The notes under the pieces: model-generated
The model's input: only the letters and a program-made list of their open reading frames with translations
What the model was told of the DNA's origin: nothing
Databases searched by the model: none
Part shown: piece by piece, positions 36,977 through 49,189 of the stretch
Position numbering within the stretch: the stretch's first letter is position 1
Layout: each line of letters opens with the position of its first letter
NCBI GenBank assembly: GCA_036172245.1
Contig: JAYWIR010000011.1
Location: 2,480,001 to 2,544,000 of the forward strand
DNA: 64,000 bases
Origin: Raillietiella orientalis
Lineage: Eukaryota
Reading direction: 5' to 3'
Made by a program: the position numbers and the translations under genes

Positions 36977-38192
36977 ATGCGCCGCCTGGATGCACAACTG
37001 GCACTTTTCCTGTGTTTCTGCGTCATCGTGCAGCAGCAGGTAGTGCGCCGGCGGCGGTCCCCGTTGCGGGCGGTGCTTCCGCGGGGCCGGGAGGGGCAGG
37101 AGGAGGAGGAGGGGCCTCCCCGGCCCTCCTCTCCCGCCCGTCTCTCCCTTCCTCCTGCTCCTGCTTTTGCTCCCTCGCTCGTTCCCTCCCGCCGCCTCGA
37201 CCGTTCCCGCCACCACCACCACCACCTCCGGCAGCCTGCCCGCGAGCGTGCGGGCAGGCAGGCAGGCAGGCAGGCAGGCCGGCCGGTCTTCTTCCTCGTC
37301 CCATCCCCCGGATCCTCCTTCCTTTCGCTCCCCTCCCCCCGCCTCCCGTGCCGCCCTTCCTCCCTCCCTCCTTCCCTCGCTGCCTCGTGCTCGCTCGCTC
37401 GCTCTCCCTCCCGCACGGGAGGAGCTTTCGGCGAGAAGCGTGGCAGCGCCCCCACGCGCGCGCCCCACACACGACACTCGCCCGTGCTGCTGCCTTGCAG
37501 GTCTCCCCGGAGGCCCTCTTCGAGCTGCGGCTGAAGCGCTTCCTCAACGAGCTGGGACGCGACTCCACGGGGAGCTGCTGCGGCGGCGGCGGCGGTGACG
37601 GCAGCGGCGCCGTCGGCGGTGCTGGCGGCTGCGGCGACGTGTGCCGCACCAAGTTCCGGGTGTGCCTGAAGCACTACCTGGCCGTGGTGGATCCCAGCGG
37701 CCCGTGCACCTTCGGCGACGTGGTGACGCCCGTGGTCGCCAACAACTCGGTCGACTTCCTCGGGGCCAGGGTGCCCGACAGCACGACCTTCCGGAACCCC
37801 ATCGTCTTCCCCGTCGAGTTCTCGTGGCCGGTGAGCACCCTCTTTGGTTGTTCCTCCCCGCACGGTGGTCCCCCCTCCCCCGCCGGGTAAGGAAGAGGGG
37901 AGGGCGGGCGCCGAGGCGCCTCCGGAGGAGGGAGAGGTGGCAGCGGCGGAAGGAGGCGACCCGTCCCGTCTGGCCGATCGGCTGCTCGCCCCTCCTCCGG
38001 CGCCCGTCCCCTCGCCCGGCTCCTCGTCCCGTCTCTCGTTCTTGGCGGCGACGGCTCTCGGCCGAGTCGCGGCTCCCGGGTCCCCGAGTGCACCCCCTCG
38101 TCTACAGTCGGTGCGTTTCCAGGAGACGTTTTCCCTGATCATCGAGGCCTGGCACGAGAACGACCCGAAGGTGACCGCTGCGGACGCCGAAC
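36977..38192 (+). CDS. Dl: Notch ligand Delta, 5' part only (signal peptide + MNNL/C2 domain); join(36977..37039,37501..37830,38123..38192), continues beyond the window
   Basis: Exon 1 is a signal peptide, MRRLDAQLALFLCFCVIVQQQ, with caaacATG context and a CAG|GT donor. Exon 2 reads FELRLKRFLNELGRDSTGSCC...CRTKFRVCLKHY...CTFGDVVTPV..NS..F.NPI.FP..FSWP|gtgag. Exon 3 reads ETFSLIIEAWH...|gtaag. These match Delta (not Serrate/Jagged) N-terminal motifs, and the splice phases are consistent. Confidence 0.93.
37252..37279. repeat. (GGCA)n tetranucleotide repeat in Delta intron 1
   Basis: Read directly. Confidence 0.9.
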
Positions 38193-40924
38193 GTAAGACG
38201 CTTCTTCTTTTCCTTCCTCCTGCTGTTCGTCGGCCGCTGCCGGTGGTGGCGCTGCATTCTTGACCGTGCGCGCGCTGCTTGCCCTCCCCGCGCGGGGAAG
38301 ACCCGCTCCGCCCCGTGGTTCGCCAGCTACTTCGCCGTGGAGAGGGAGGTCAGTGGATCTCCAAGCCAACAGTCTCGCCGTTCTTGGAACCTCCATCATT
38401 GTCATTGGGGAAGCGAGCTTTTGAGAACACCATTTTGTGCCGACACCTCGCGGCAAGCATGGATGAAGCTTACGCGTCCACAGGGCTGATTTGCAAGCCC
38501 CGCCCAGATGCACGCTGCGCGGAGCGCAGGTTCCAGAGGGAAAAGGAAAGACGATGGACTCCACCTTTCCGATGCCAGGTAGTTCCTGCAGTCGCTAAAC
38601 AACGCTCATAGGCTCTCTCGGGAGACGATTACCGATCCAAAACGGAAGGGCGTGCCCGCAGAGCCGCCAACCAACGCACGCCGGGTCGCCTCGAACGCCA
38701 GCAGGCGCCCGGCCCGAAAACGAGCGTGCGAGTCGCCCAGTCGGCGTGACCGCGAACGCAGCAGCGGCGGCAGCAGGAAAGGCGCGGGGCGGCGCCACCG
38801 CCACTCGAACGGACGGGATTGTGGTGCTCCGGCTTGTAGGAGGGGCGCCCTCCTTCTCGCCCCCTGGAAGCGAAGCGGTCGCAGGGGTGGAGCGCCTGCC
38901 GCTTCTCTCCTCTGAGACGGCAGAGGCCGCCGCCGCGCGTTTGCACCTAGTCGCGTCTGGGGAGTTTATTCGAAAGTAAACAAAGCAGTTGGCAGAGCAG
39001 CTCCCAAAACACAAACAACAAAAGGAAAAATTTCACGGGTCCACCGATGGGCAGGTGGGTCACTGGGGCAGTCCGATGAGGAAGGGAAGGGGGAATAAAG
39101 GCAGAGGAGTGGGGACCGGGGTCACTCCGCTTGGTTCAGAACCGGCTCCGAACGGTGTGGTGATCTGCCTGGAGGTATCTTCCTGCAGGCAAGGCCACCT
39201 CGCAGCCCTCACCGTGTAGGCAGCTGCCACGCGGGCGACCTCCCTTCGCTGCGTCCGGGTCTCCAGTGCGCGGCGGGCAGTCGCGATGGCATGCAGACGC
39301 CACGCACCGCTGCGCCCGCAGCGTCCACCAAGAGTCCGTGCGCGAGTCGCCGCGGGCAAGTTCCCGACGGCACTCTCCTGAGGGGAGCGGGAGCGCGGAG
39401 GAACGCCTCCCCCGCCGCGGTCCGGCCGTCTTGGATCTCCGAGCCCCTCGGCGCTTCCCTCCGCAGGAGGACGGAGGATCGCTCCCGCGCCTTAGAGACC
39501 CCCAAGACGGTGCCCTTTTTCCCTCTTGGGCTTGCTTGCTCCAGGCCGAGGGGCGTCGCGTCCGGTGGCTTAGTCCCATCGCCGCGGGAACGCGCCTCCC
39601 GTGAACGTCCCCGATGTCCCCCCAGTTCTGCTGTCTGTGGGGCGATGCTCTGGAGGAAGGCCTGCGCCGGAGGGTGGACGAGAAAGAGCAGGCAGAAGAA
39701 AAGGACAAGCAGAACCGCAGCAACACGCTGCTAGCTTCACTCCGTGGTCGCCAACGATTGGTCATCCGGATGTCCTTCGCACCCGTAGAAAATTTTCTTT
39801 CCCCGGCTGTGCGTCCGTGCTGCGATTCGAACTGTTCCTTGAGTTTCGTTCATGTAACGACAGGTCTTTGCGGAAATCTTCCCGCAGTTTCTGTCTCTCT
39901 CGCGCTTGGGTCGCAACTTGTCCCGTTGCCGGTGGTTGATACCTTCTCTCCTCTGCTTTAGCTCTGCCCTTTCGATTGCTGTGCTGCCTTAGTGGTGAAG
40001 AAGACGGTTGTCATCCCTCTGATTTGCGTGAAGACATCTCTTATCGGACAACCCACCAAGCGTTTCGGATCTTTCTTTCTCTTCTGGGTCCACAGCCTTT
40101 CTGGCTGCTCCGCGAATGGGCAGGCAGGGAAGCAGACGGGTGGTGCAGCGTGACTTCCTTTTTGTCCGCACGCATGGCACAATTAGGCGAGTGAAAGAGT
40201 GACTCAACCTGCTGCTGAAAGGAGGCCGTTGTGACAAAACGTAGGCAGGCCACCCCTGTCCCTAAGGCGGCAGATCGGATCTTTCAGAACGTCGCACCAC
40301 CTGCTGGAGGTCCGGCTCTGCAAACTAAATTTTGAGGAGTTCTTGCGCATTATTTGGTCGGATAGTAGCTTCTAGCGTGAGTTACTGGAGTTCAGCTGCT
40401 CTCCAGATTCCGCAAGGCTTGTGCATGGCGCGACCTTCAAGTGCCCTTTTGCGCTTGTGCAAGCACGCTCCGTGGATTTTTCCTCCTCGGCGCGAATATC
40501 CAGCACTCTGAAACCGCCTCGCTGTCGGTCGTGGTACAGGCACATGCAAAAGGAGCACTCCAACAAGTCCTTTCGCCCAGAGTTCTTCACTCTTCGGCAC
40601 CACTCCGAGGGTTTTGCCCACGACCAGCTGCTGCTTTCTGATCCGCACGGGATCGATCGTGATGCCCCACTTTTTCTACAGATGGGAGCACCTCTGAGCC
40701 ATCAATCCCTTTTGCATTGCACCAAAGAGCAGACAAACTACCACTCGTCCCAGAATAGGGATGCACACGAGTTGGCGGGCGTCCAAAGGGCTAGACAACA
40801 GCTCTGGAGTATTCCTTCCCCTGCCACCTTCCGTGCCGGCTCAGGTGCTTCAATTTTCCCGCGGGGCTTTCCCTGCTCCGGATCTCGCCGCATATTCGTG
40901 AGTCACCTCCTGATCGCATCCGGT

Positions 40925-41810
40925 GTGGTGGCGTTCCTCATCGCCGATGAGCGCCCAACGCACCAGCAAGGTGGCGACCTGCTGGCACCGAAAAGGGAGG
41001 AAGGAGGAGACTTCAATCGAGAAGCACGGGACCTCGAAGCTTCCCTGGGGAATCTCCAGAGATCCCATCCGTCTTTGGAGACACCGTGCTGGAACTCGTT
41101 CACCAGGAGAGAGAGGTTTCCCACCAGCCAACGGGCTCGGTGACCTCGGAGACATGGCAGGTCAGCTCCCACGATGCAAGAGCATCATCTTCCTTCGGCG
41201 TGACCGAGTGAGAAAGCTGGCGCGAGTACTCCCCGGCACACCAACGACCTCCAAACTGCGACTGTTGCCCCAGTCGAAGAAGACTGGGAGAGGACGAAGA
41301 GCACGACTTATCGGCATGTTCATAGAAATGCAGTCCGGAGACGGGAGGAGGCCCAGCCGGGACGCGTATCAGGTGGTCAGCCAGCATCACGGGTCCTCTA
41401 CACTGTGTGCCGTCCTCGGCATCAGAGAAGATGCGCTTCCAGCAAACAGAAGAGGTCAGCGGCACGCTGGAAATGAGGAACGCAGCATCCAATCTTCCTC
41501 GTGCAGCATGAAATCCGACAGTGCTCTGCATCCGAGAAAATGGAAGTGGCGCTCGGACCATCCCACCAGGCGTTGCTGGGCATACTGGAACTGCACGGGA
41601 AGACCAAGAAACTCTGCAGCGCTGCTCACCAACAAGTGGACGAGAGAAACAGTTACGGATGGGGGGAAATCAGGGCGGCTCTTGACCAGCTGCAAGTGAA
41701 TGTGAAGTTGAGTCTCCTGTCTCGCATCACCCGCCTGTTCCGTGAACTCACGGGAAAGACTGAGGACGGATCGAGAGACTTCCAGTCCCTTTCCACGAAG
41801 GTAGGATGAA
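40925..41810 (+). mobile_element. Decayed L1/Tx1-like RT fossil, homologous and inverted relative to 42011-42176
   Basis: 40925-41058 and 41166-41193 align with the reverse complement of 42011-42176. Degenerate motifs: QQGGDLLAP, DLEAS, KSIIFL, VLGI, KWKWRS. Confidence 0.45.
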
Positions 41811-41879
41811 GCTGCTTTCAAAGGAGTAGGGATCTGAAGGTCATCCGTCATTCATCCCGAGCACGGGGGCAGGATGCGT

Positions 41880-43178
41880 GGCCAAGATTGGGAACAATCG
41901 GCTGAAGATGATAGATCCAGCCGCCAGTCCCGCGCAAATGTGTGCTTCCCTGAGGCGCCGAAGCGGTGGCGCATCGATCAGAAAACTAACCATGGGTTGG
42001 CATCCCGTGCTCAGGAAAAGGATGCTCCTGCAGCGTGGGAGGTGGAATCCCTTCCGAGAAGCTTCGAAGTCCTGTGCTTCTCGGTTGGCGCCTCCTCTGT
42101 CCTCACTCTTCCGTACCAGCAGGTCGCCATCTTGCTGGCGCCCTGGGAGCTCCCCTGAAACGACGAACGCCACCGCGCTGTAGCGGAGAGAATGCCTAAG
42201 GGGTGTCCTCCACTATGGGATGGTGAAAACGCTCCCGCACATGCTTCTGGAATGCGGGAGGCTGCATCAGGGACAGGAGCGCTCATCACAAGGGCACTCT
42301 GGTTCCACGATGCGGCCCCAAAAGACTCCCTGGAAAGATGGTCGGGCTTTCTGGTAGCCTGGACGCCGGCGATGCTCTGTCGCGTGCAAGCAACGGAGGC
42401 TGCCCATTGGTGGCCGACATTCCGGAGAGAATCGCTACCTCCTGCATGCGAAGGGCGACGGAACGGCCCAATCCGGGAAGGGAGAATTCGAGGAAAACTT
42501 CGATCGCATGTGGGCAGGCAAACGCAAAACTCAAATAAAAAAGTCCATTGGGGGCCATCCCGTTCCTCATTTCGTCCCTTTCCTGCCCGACGCAGGCCCA
42601 TGGCAATCCACTGGAATGCCAAGAGGTCGATTCCTACTCCTTTATCGTCCCTCCAATGCTCCCTAGTACTGTCCCTTGAGAGGACAGTCTTTGCTTTCGG
42701 ACCGAAGCACGTCGTCCTTTCTCTACCTATGACCGTGCAATTTGGTTCGTTTCTGTTCAAGAAATGGCTCGGCTGCCCGGGGTGAGAAGGCCACCCTGGA
42801 ACGTTTATTTACAATGAACAGACGCCCCGGATACGAAAAAGTCCATGAAGGAGAAGTCGCCACCAACTCTTATGTCATCTGTATCCATGAACAGGAGTAG
42901 AGGGAAGGATACAATAAATAAATGTAAGAAAGACTGGGAAATGGGACAGGAGTCTTGGGTCTTGAGGCCCCAGCTGCACCTAGTCCTTCACAGTCTGCGC
43001 TAGGTGTCAGCAGTTTTCCGGATGACTTCTGCACCCAGGAGAAGCCACTTCGTTGCAGCCTTCACCGGTGAGAATGTGAGGCGGATGACCTTCTTACGTA
43101 GCTGCTCCCACTCCAGGGCTAGGAAAACAGGGACGCCGCCCCCATACCATTCTCGTTCCAGATGAGAATCTCCGCCAT
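41880..43178 (-). mobile_element. Decayed non-LTR retrotransposon ORF2 fossil (L1/Tx1-like APE + RT)
   Basis: Degenerate motifs occur in the expected order on -: MAEILIWNENGMG (APE xWNxNG, 43178), IRVGGDF (APE GDFN, ~42860), EMRNGMAPNGL.FY (KAPGPDG..FY), NGQPPLL..D (NWRPISLL), DFEAS..LPRCRSIL. Frameshifted and deleted. A Lys-rich ORF ends just upstream (ORF1-like tail). Confidence 0.5.
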
Positions 43179-45204
43179 CCTGGGAATCACTTCAAGATGG
43201 CCGGCTTCACACGTGGCGAGGAGGAACTTGCCTGCATCCAGCACCGGGTGCTGAGGACTCCAGAGAGATGCTTGTGACGTTTTCTCTTACCTCTCAATCT
43301 TTTCGAGACCATTTTTTTCCCTTCATTTTTCCTCCTTTTCTTTCTTTTTGGTTTACTTCCCTCACCCCTTTTCCCCTTCTCCCTGCGCAAGCCTCTCCGG
43401 GAAAGGTGCCCTCGAGCAGAAATGCCTCCTGGGCTTATGCGGCGTAGTGGGGCTTTGCAGTCCCACCACATAGGAGTGACTCTTTCGTCGCCAGCCTCTT
43501 CCTGGGACCGCGAGGATGTCGTGGTCCAGCAGCCGGTGCAGGGAACGGTTAGTTTCCGTGCACCTGAGCAGTTCGTTTCAGGAGGTCCCTCCTCCCAGAC
43601 AAGAGGTGTCGACCTTCATCGCACTGAGCCGTCCAGCGCGGAGTCCCCCCACTTCTTGCTGACAGTCGAGGGGGGCGCCGAAGGCACACACTACGGCTCA
43701 CCGGAGCGGTCTTCTAGCCCGGAGGGCGTGGAGTGGGCGCATCGACCGACCACCGTGTCGACCACCCTCACGGGAGCTTCTCCATCCCCGCGATCATGCA
43801 GGAGAGCTGCGTGCGCTCTGCCTCCAGGCTGCTATCATCTCTTCCCCGTAGGGCAGGAGGCGAAGGCATCGCTCTCACGAAAGCACGCACGAGGGCCTCT
43901 GGACTCCCTCCTGTGGCGTCCTCTGCCCTACCACGTGCACCGACACTCGTAGGTTGGCAGCAGACCCATAGCTTCCTTCCCATCCTACCGGACGGGAAGT
44001 CAGAGTCACTCGTCCAACCTTGGTTGCGTGACAACGGACGGGCGCAACCAGCTAGCGCGAACAGGATCGCAGCCTACTTTCCGTGCAGCCTGCTGAAGTT
44101 TTCCGTCCCGACCTCGACGGGAACCAAGGAGGACGAAGGAGCAACTGTGTCTGGTCCGAACTCATCCGTCATGCGTGCTTGCCACTCGCACGCCCCCATA
44201 GCTCCAGGTGCCCAAACCAGTGTTCAGATCCCCACGACGAATAGGATGCGCTCAGCGGCGCTCGTGCTTTGGGGCAGCTCGCGCTCTTGTGGTTCCGTCC
44301 TCAGGCGTTCACTAAGAGCAGGTGGACGCTTCCAGATCGCGCCACCTTGGAGCCGACGACTCGATCCGTCTCGGATGACGGAGGGGTCCGAGGCGGTGCA
44401 TAGCAGGTGTTGTGAAACCGGACAGAGTTGCCTCTCCTCCGTTCTCCTTGGTTGTCTGGTCAGGGAGAGGCTGGACCCTCCGGTGCCGCGAGAACCACCG
44501 TTGCTGTCCGGCGTCAGCTCCTGGATTCTCCTTAGGCAGGAAGTTGGGACGAGCTGCTTGACCCACTTTTCCCCTAAGCCGCCGATGACCTCGGCACCAT
44601 CGCTTTCAGGAGCCGGGCGCGTTCGTGGGCATCATCGCTTGCCATCCCCTTTTCCTTCTCCCGACAGCGCGCACAAGAGTTCCACAAGAGTTCCTTGGGG
44701 ATGCACATCTCACTACCATGACTCTCTTCTTCGATGACGTGACCGAGCTGCTTGTCGCCGTGGACGTCGCTTAGCGCCTGGAAGGCTTCAGCCCCTCGAG
44801 TCTAACCTCTTCCAGACCTTCCGCTAAGACACCCGCGTTCCCTGCTGCTGCTCACGGTTAGCGGGACGTCACGAGCGAGCGAACCCGAAGCAGCAAGTCA
44901 CGCGCTTTCACTGCCCCTGGGGGCTTGCGGCCTTCCTTGCTGATCCCGGCTTCAGCCCTGTTGTCGCTCGAAATTGCTCGATTTGAAAATCGGAGGCCGG
45001 AAATGGTCCTCCAGTCAGGTGAAATGTGCTCGGCTTCCGGGAAGCTGGAGATCAGTTTGCATCCTCTTCGGCTGACCCGCTCCCTTACCGAAATTTCCGT
45101 TCTGCTGGCCCCCCTATCACCAACTCAACCAACAATTTCTAGACTTCTGTCATCGGAGGGCGACGGGCAACGAAACACCGGCCTTCCGTAGCGGAACGAT
45201 GGCC

Positions 45205-46237
45205 TCCGCGGGGTGGTTCGAAGCCGTCTGCCGGATGACTCCACGCCACGCCACACCTCCGCGGAAGAGCTCTGTCCTCTGGCGCGCCTGGTGGCTCTCG
45301 GACTGGGTCCGCGAGCGCCCGGTGCCGCAGATCGCGCCCGCGCGTTGACCCCCTCCTACACGGGGGAATCCCGCTGGCCACCTCACGCCCCGTCGTCAGG
45401 TGAACGCAGCGGAGACCGCAGGCGGAAAGAGAGAAGGCGGCAGCCGCCTGCAGGCAGCTGGAGAGACCGAGCAAGGCGGCCACAGTCCGACGCGTGCCTC
45501 CTGCATGCGGACGCGGGCGCCCACGCCGCGGTGGCCCCGGGCGGCGTTGAGCTGCCGACGGAAGTTCGTCCGCGCAGGGAGGGGGAGGGCGCCCACGCTC
45601 TCGCTCCGCAACCTGCTCAAGGGGTCCAGTAAGCGAAGCCGAGCAGCAGCAGCAGCGGTGGCGGTGGCGGCATGCACTGCCGGCGACGAGCATGCGAGCG
45701 CCCCCTCGACGACGCGTCGGCAGGCATCGTCGTTTCGAGGTCTCCGCATTCCGGTCCGTCACCCGTGCAAAAGCCATCCCGGTTGAGCAGCAGCGCATCT
45801 GCGACGGACCCGAGTTGCGTGCGGAAGGGGGGTAAAAGCGGCAAAAAGTCCCTCCCTCGGAAGCCCTCAGTTGGCTCGAGCGGGCTCCGCCGCCGCCGCG
45901 GGACGCGACCCCCGATCGGTCGGGTGGGTGGCGGGAATGAACGGGTGCTGGCACTCGCCCGATCGGGCCAAGCGGGAGGCACGACGTCTCGTGGCGGGGA
46001 AGGTGGCGCGAGAGCCGCCTCCAGGCAAGTCCTGCCGGCCGGCCGCGCTCAAAGGCGCGGGAGCGCTCCCGTCGGGGCGGGCGGCGACTGCCTGTCGCTC
46101 CCCGCGGAAATGGGTCTCCGAGGAAGCGGAGGAGAGGACGACTGCTAACCCGCGACGTCTCCCGGGACGGGTGTGGTGGTTCCGGCATTCGCGGAATATC
46201 TTTTGAGCGGAATCAGAGTGGAAGGAGCGCGGGACCT
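45205..46237 (+). repeat. Copy 2 of the ~1033-bp dispersed direct repeat (probably the derived copy)
   Basis: Same sequence as 23631-24663. It is much more GC-rich than its right flank, whereas copy 1 blends with its surroundings. Confidence 0.95.
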
Positions 46238-48194
46238 CAGCGTGTCTTTCAATACCTCCACGGTGTCCACTCTTTTCACCTGCTGCTCCCGTTTCATTCC
46301 TGAGCCACGGGTAGGTTCGTCAACCTTAAGTGTTGGCACTTCTCGACTGGCAGGAGTGGCAGAAACGCAATTCCAAATCGGTGGATATTCGAGAGGTCTT
46401 CATAGTACCGCTATTTTTAGAGTCTTGGAGCTACTGGTCATTTCCACCTTCATCCCATTGAGGTCCAACTCTTCGGATGATAACAGTGGCACTGTTGACA
46501 GAATGGAACAATAACTGTGTGTAATTTTCTCAAACACAAATTCCCACGTTGATTGAATGCAATTCCAAATTTATACAGCAGATGATTTCCTCGAGCGAAT
46601 ACAGAAGTATCGTAGGAGGAGGAATCCAAGGGCATTGAGAGTTTCATGCGATCCTGAAGACTTCGAGGAACTCTTGAACGTCTGGCACCTTTTTGCTTCC
46701 CATCGCGTTTTGCTTCACTTTTTTTCAAATTCTCGAAAGCTTCCCACACATTTTTTTTCCCTTCATAAATTCCTTTTTTTCGAGATTGCCTTCGTTGCAA
46801 TTCTTGTAAGAATCCAAGGTGATGTGGAGTTGGTTTGAATCAAATAATGCTTGATGATGGTAGTGGTGGTGGTGGTGATGATAAATACTTGTGAAAGAAA
46901 GAGTTATTGAATTTGTTTCTAGACTTAATGTGTTGGCTGATTTAAAGTCGAAACGCAAGGTACCTATCGGTGATGAATCAAGATTGTACAGATATTTTTA
47001 TACACTGCTTTTGCCAGTGGATCTTGGTCTTGAATAAGGTCACCTTCTCTTTCGCTTACCATTGTGAATGTTCGGATATCTATCAGAGACAGTCTCCTCC
47101 TTCAGATTTTGCCACCTGTAGATCCCTACCTCATGTCCCTGGAAGCATTCCTGCTCGAAGCGTGGTCTGACCACATTAGCTGAGCAGTCTGGCAAATAAG
47201 CGAGTTCAGGTAACTCTGATGAAGAGAGACCGAATTAGAGCACTATTTTTTCGCATCCTGCTTCGCGTGCTCTGGATTATTATTATTTTTTTTGGCAACT
47301 TCCAGAAATATTGATTATGCCCGGCATAGCTTGAAAGCCTTCAGGCCACACCCGCTCACTCGATGCTGAGATGATTCAGCTACGAAAGGAAGAAGAAAAA
47401 AAACACGTCTTTGGGATAAAACCTTGTGCATGGTGAAACTTGGCACGATCAGGGAAGGAACGATTTTCCGGCATTTCCGGTTCCAAAAGTTCCGATTTGC
47501 TTCAACGGATTACGTCGAAAATAGGTCAGGTGCCCATCCATGTAATCCTGCGGCTGAATACCGCAATCATTGATGCGTTGTAAAGCCTTCGAATGGAAAC
47601 CCATCTTCCGTAATGACGCCGGAATCCCATCCTGACAGTCGATCTTTTCAAAAGTCTTCGTTTACAGACTCGTAATTCTACAAAAACCCTTTTGATGCAC
47701 AGTCTACTGTAACACTTTTGATTGCTCTTTTTGATGATTTAAGCCAATCCGCCACACGGATCAGTAACTGACGGCGATTTTCACTCCCCTGTTAAGACGA
47801 AATGCATTCCCTGTCAAAGATGGTGGATAAATCCATGTAGCATCGATGATCAAAAAGTGTCTCCCGGATTACGAAGGACACAGCCAAACAGCCAAACTTT
47901 TGCTGGTTCTCCTTCGAAGCGATTGATGGTTACGCCTAACAACTTTGACCAGCGCCGTTTCCTCCGGTTATTTTGGCAGCACCGAAACCTCGGAAAAAAT
48001 TGGGATTTTTCCGAGATGGATTGCCGAGGACCTCACCTGAAACGAAAGAATGCTTCCAGTCTTCGGCGTTGATGGGAAACCGCACCCTCGCCTTACTACT
48101 CCTTTCGGTGCTGTGGAGAACTGTTCGAAATCATTTGCTTTCTGTTTTCACGACATACTCTTTTTCCTTTTTCAAATTCTTTGAACGTAACGAC

Positions 48195-48232
48195 AGTGTG
48201 ATCACATATCCCATAGTGTGATCACATATCCC
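48195..48232. repeat. Tandem duplication of an 18-bp unit containing the palindrome TGTGATCACA
   Basis: agtgtgatcacatatccc at 48195 and 48215. Confidence 0.9.
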
Positions 48233-49077
48233 TGTACATCAATGCCCTGTAATCCTGAAAGGTGCTTTGGAACGCTCCATCCTTTCTTTTCCTTCCTCTT
48301 CAGAGAGCCTCGTACACGATTTTCTAAGTACCCTGCTGCACAAATCTCCCTCTCCAAGGTAACGATGCAGGAAAAAAATCGCTCTGCGTTGTGTGGGTGT
48401 CTCTTTACAGGTGTTCTGACTCTCAGTAATTTGGGCTTCCTTTCTTTCGTTCCCGCAAGCGCTAGAATTCCCCGGAGTTCAACCCTTCGGCTCCTCAGGA
48501 TGCAGTGCTTCCGAACCAACTTGAAATCCTTGCAGCATTCTGATTCTTGATTCACTTTCCCGCGTTGACATTTGATTCTGACCGAGTACGGAAGTGAAGT
48601 CGAGGCATCGAAAACTTCCCGAGTGCCCCCGCCTGCATCCGGCTTATCGTTCCGCTCTGGTCACAGTACGAATCTGGCCCGGTACTGTATTTGTACTTTG
48701 CGTATAAGAGGTTTTTCTATTCAGCATCTTCAGGCTGGTGATCCTTACTCTTCTTGGGAACTCTTCCTCAACGGCTTTCCATTCGGCAACGGGTATTTCC
48801 ACGTACAAGCGACCCACCTCAAACGTAGCAATGGAAAGGCCACGTAATCTTTTGTTTCCATTTTGTTTTGCACTGTCCAGCCGTCGCAGAGTACACGAAT
48901 TTGTACGAAGGCCGGTGAATGATGGAAACTCTCATACCACGACCTCTGGGGTCATTCGTGAGGGAAACCCTCGACACTTCCGGCGCCCATTCGCCGGTTG
49001 TTTGCCCCGACATGGACCAAGGAACAAAACAAGCAAAAAATTCAAATCGCAGCCACCCAGTGACTTCAATTTGCATT

Positions 49078-49125
49078 TTTATTGTCAGGAAGTATTACAA
49101 AATAATTTCATATTGTACTTTTATT
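49078..49125 (-). terminator. Candidate polyadenylation signals of AP1G1
   Basis: Two TTTATT on + (AATAAA on -) about 65-110 nt beyond the stop codon. Confidence 0.4.
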
Positions 49126-49189
49126 GCATATCCATAAAAACATAATTTCTGTAACGTATTAAAATCTATATGACGGAAAACGGGAATGA

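Noticed and set aside
36808..38142. 444-aa minus-strand ORF over the Delta exons
   Set aside because: Antisense shadow of GC3-rich Delta coding sequence and GC-rich introns
46557..48850. IYTADD and QAGDPYS strings resembling RT motifs
   Set aside because: Wrong order and spacing for one element, so compatible with chance
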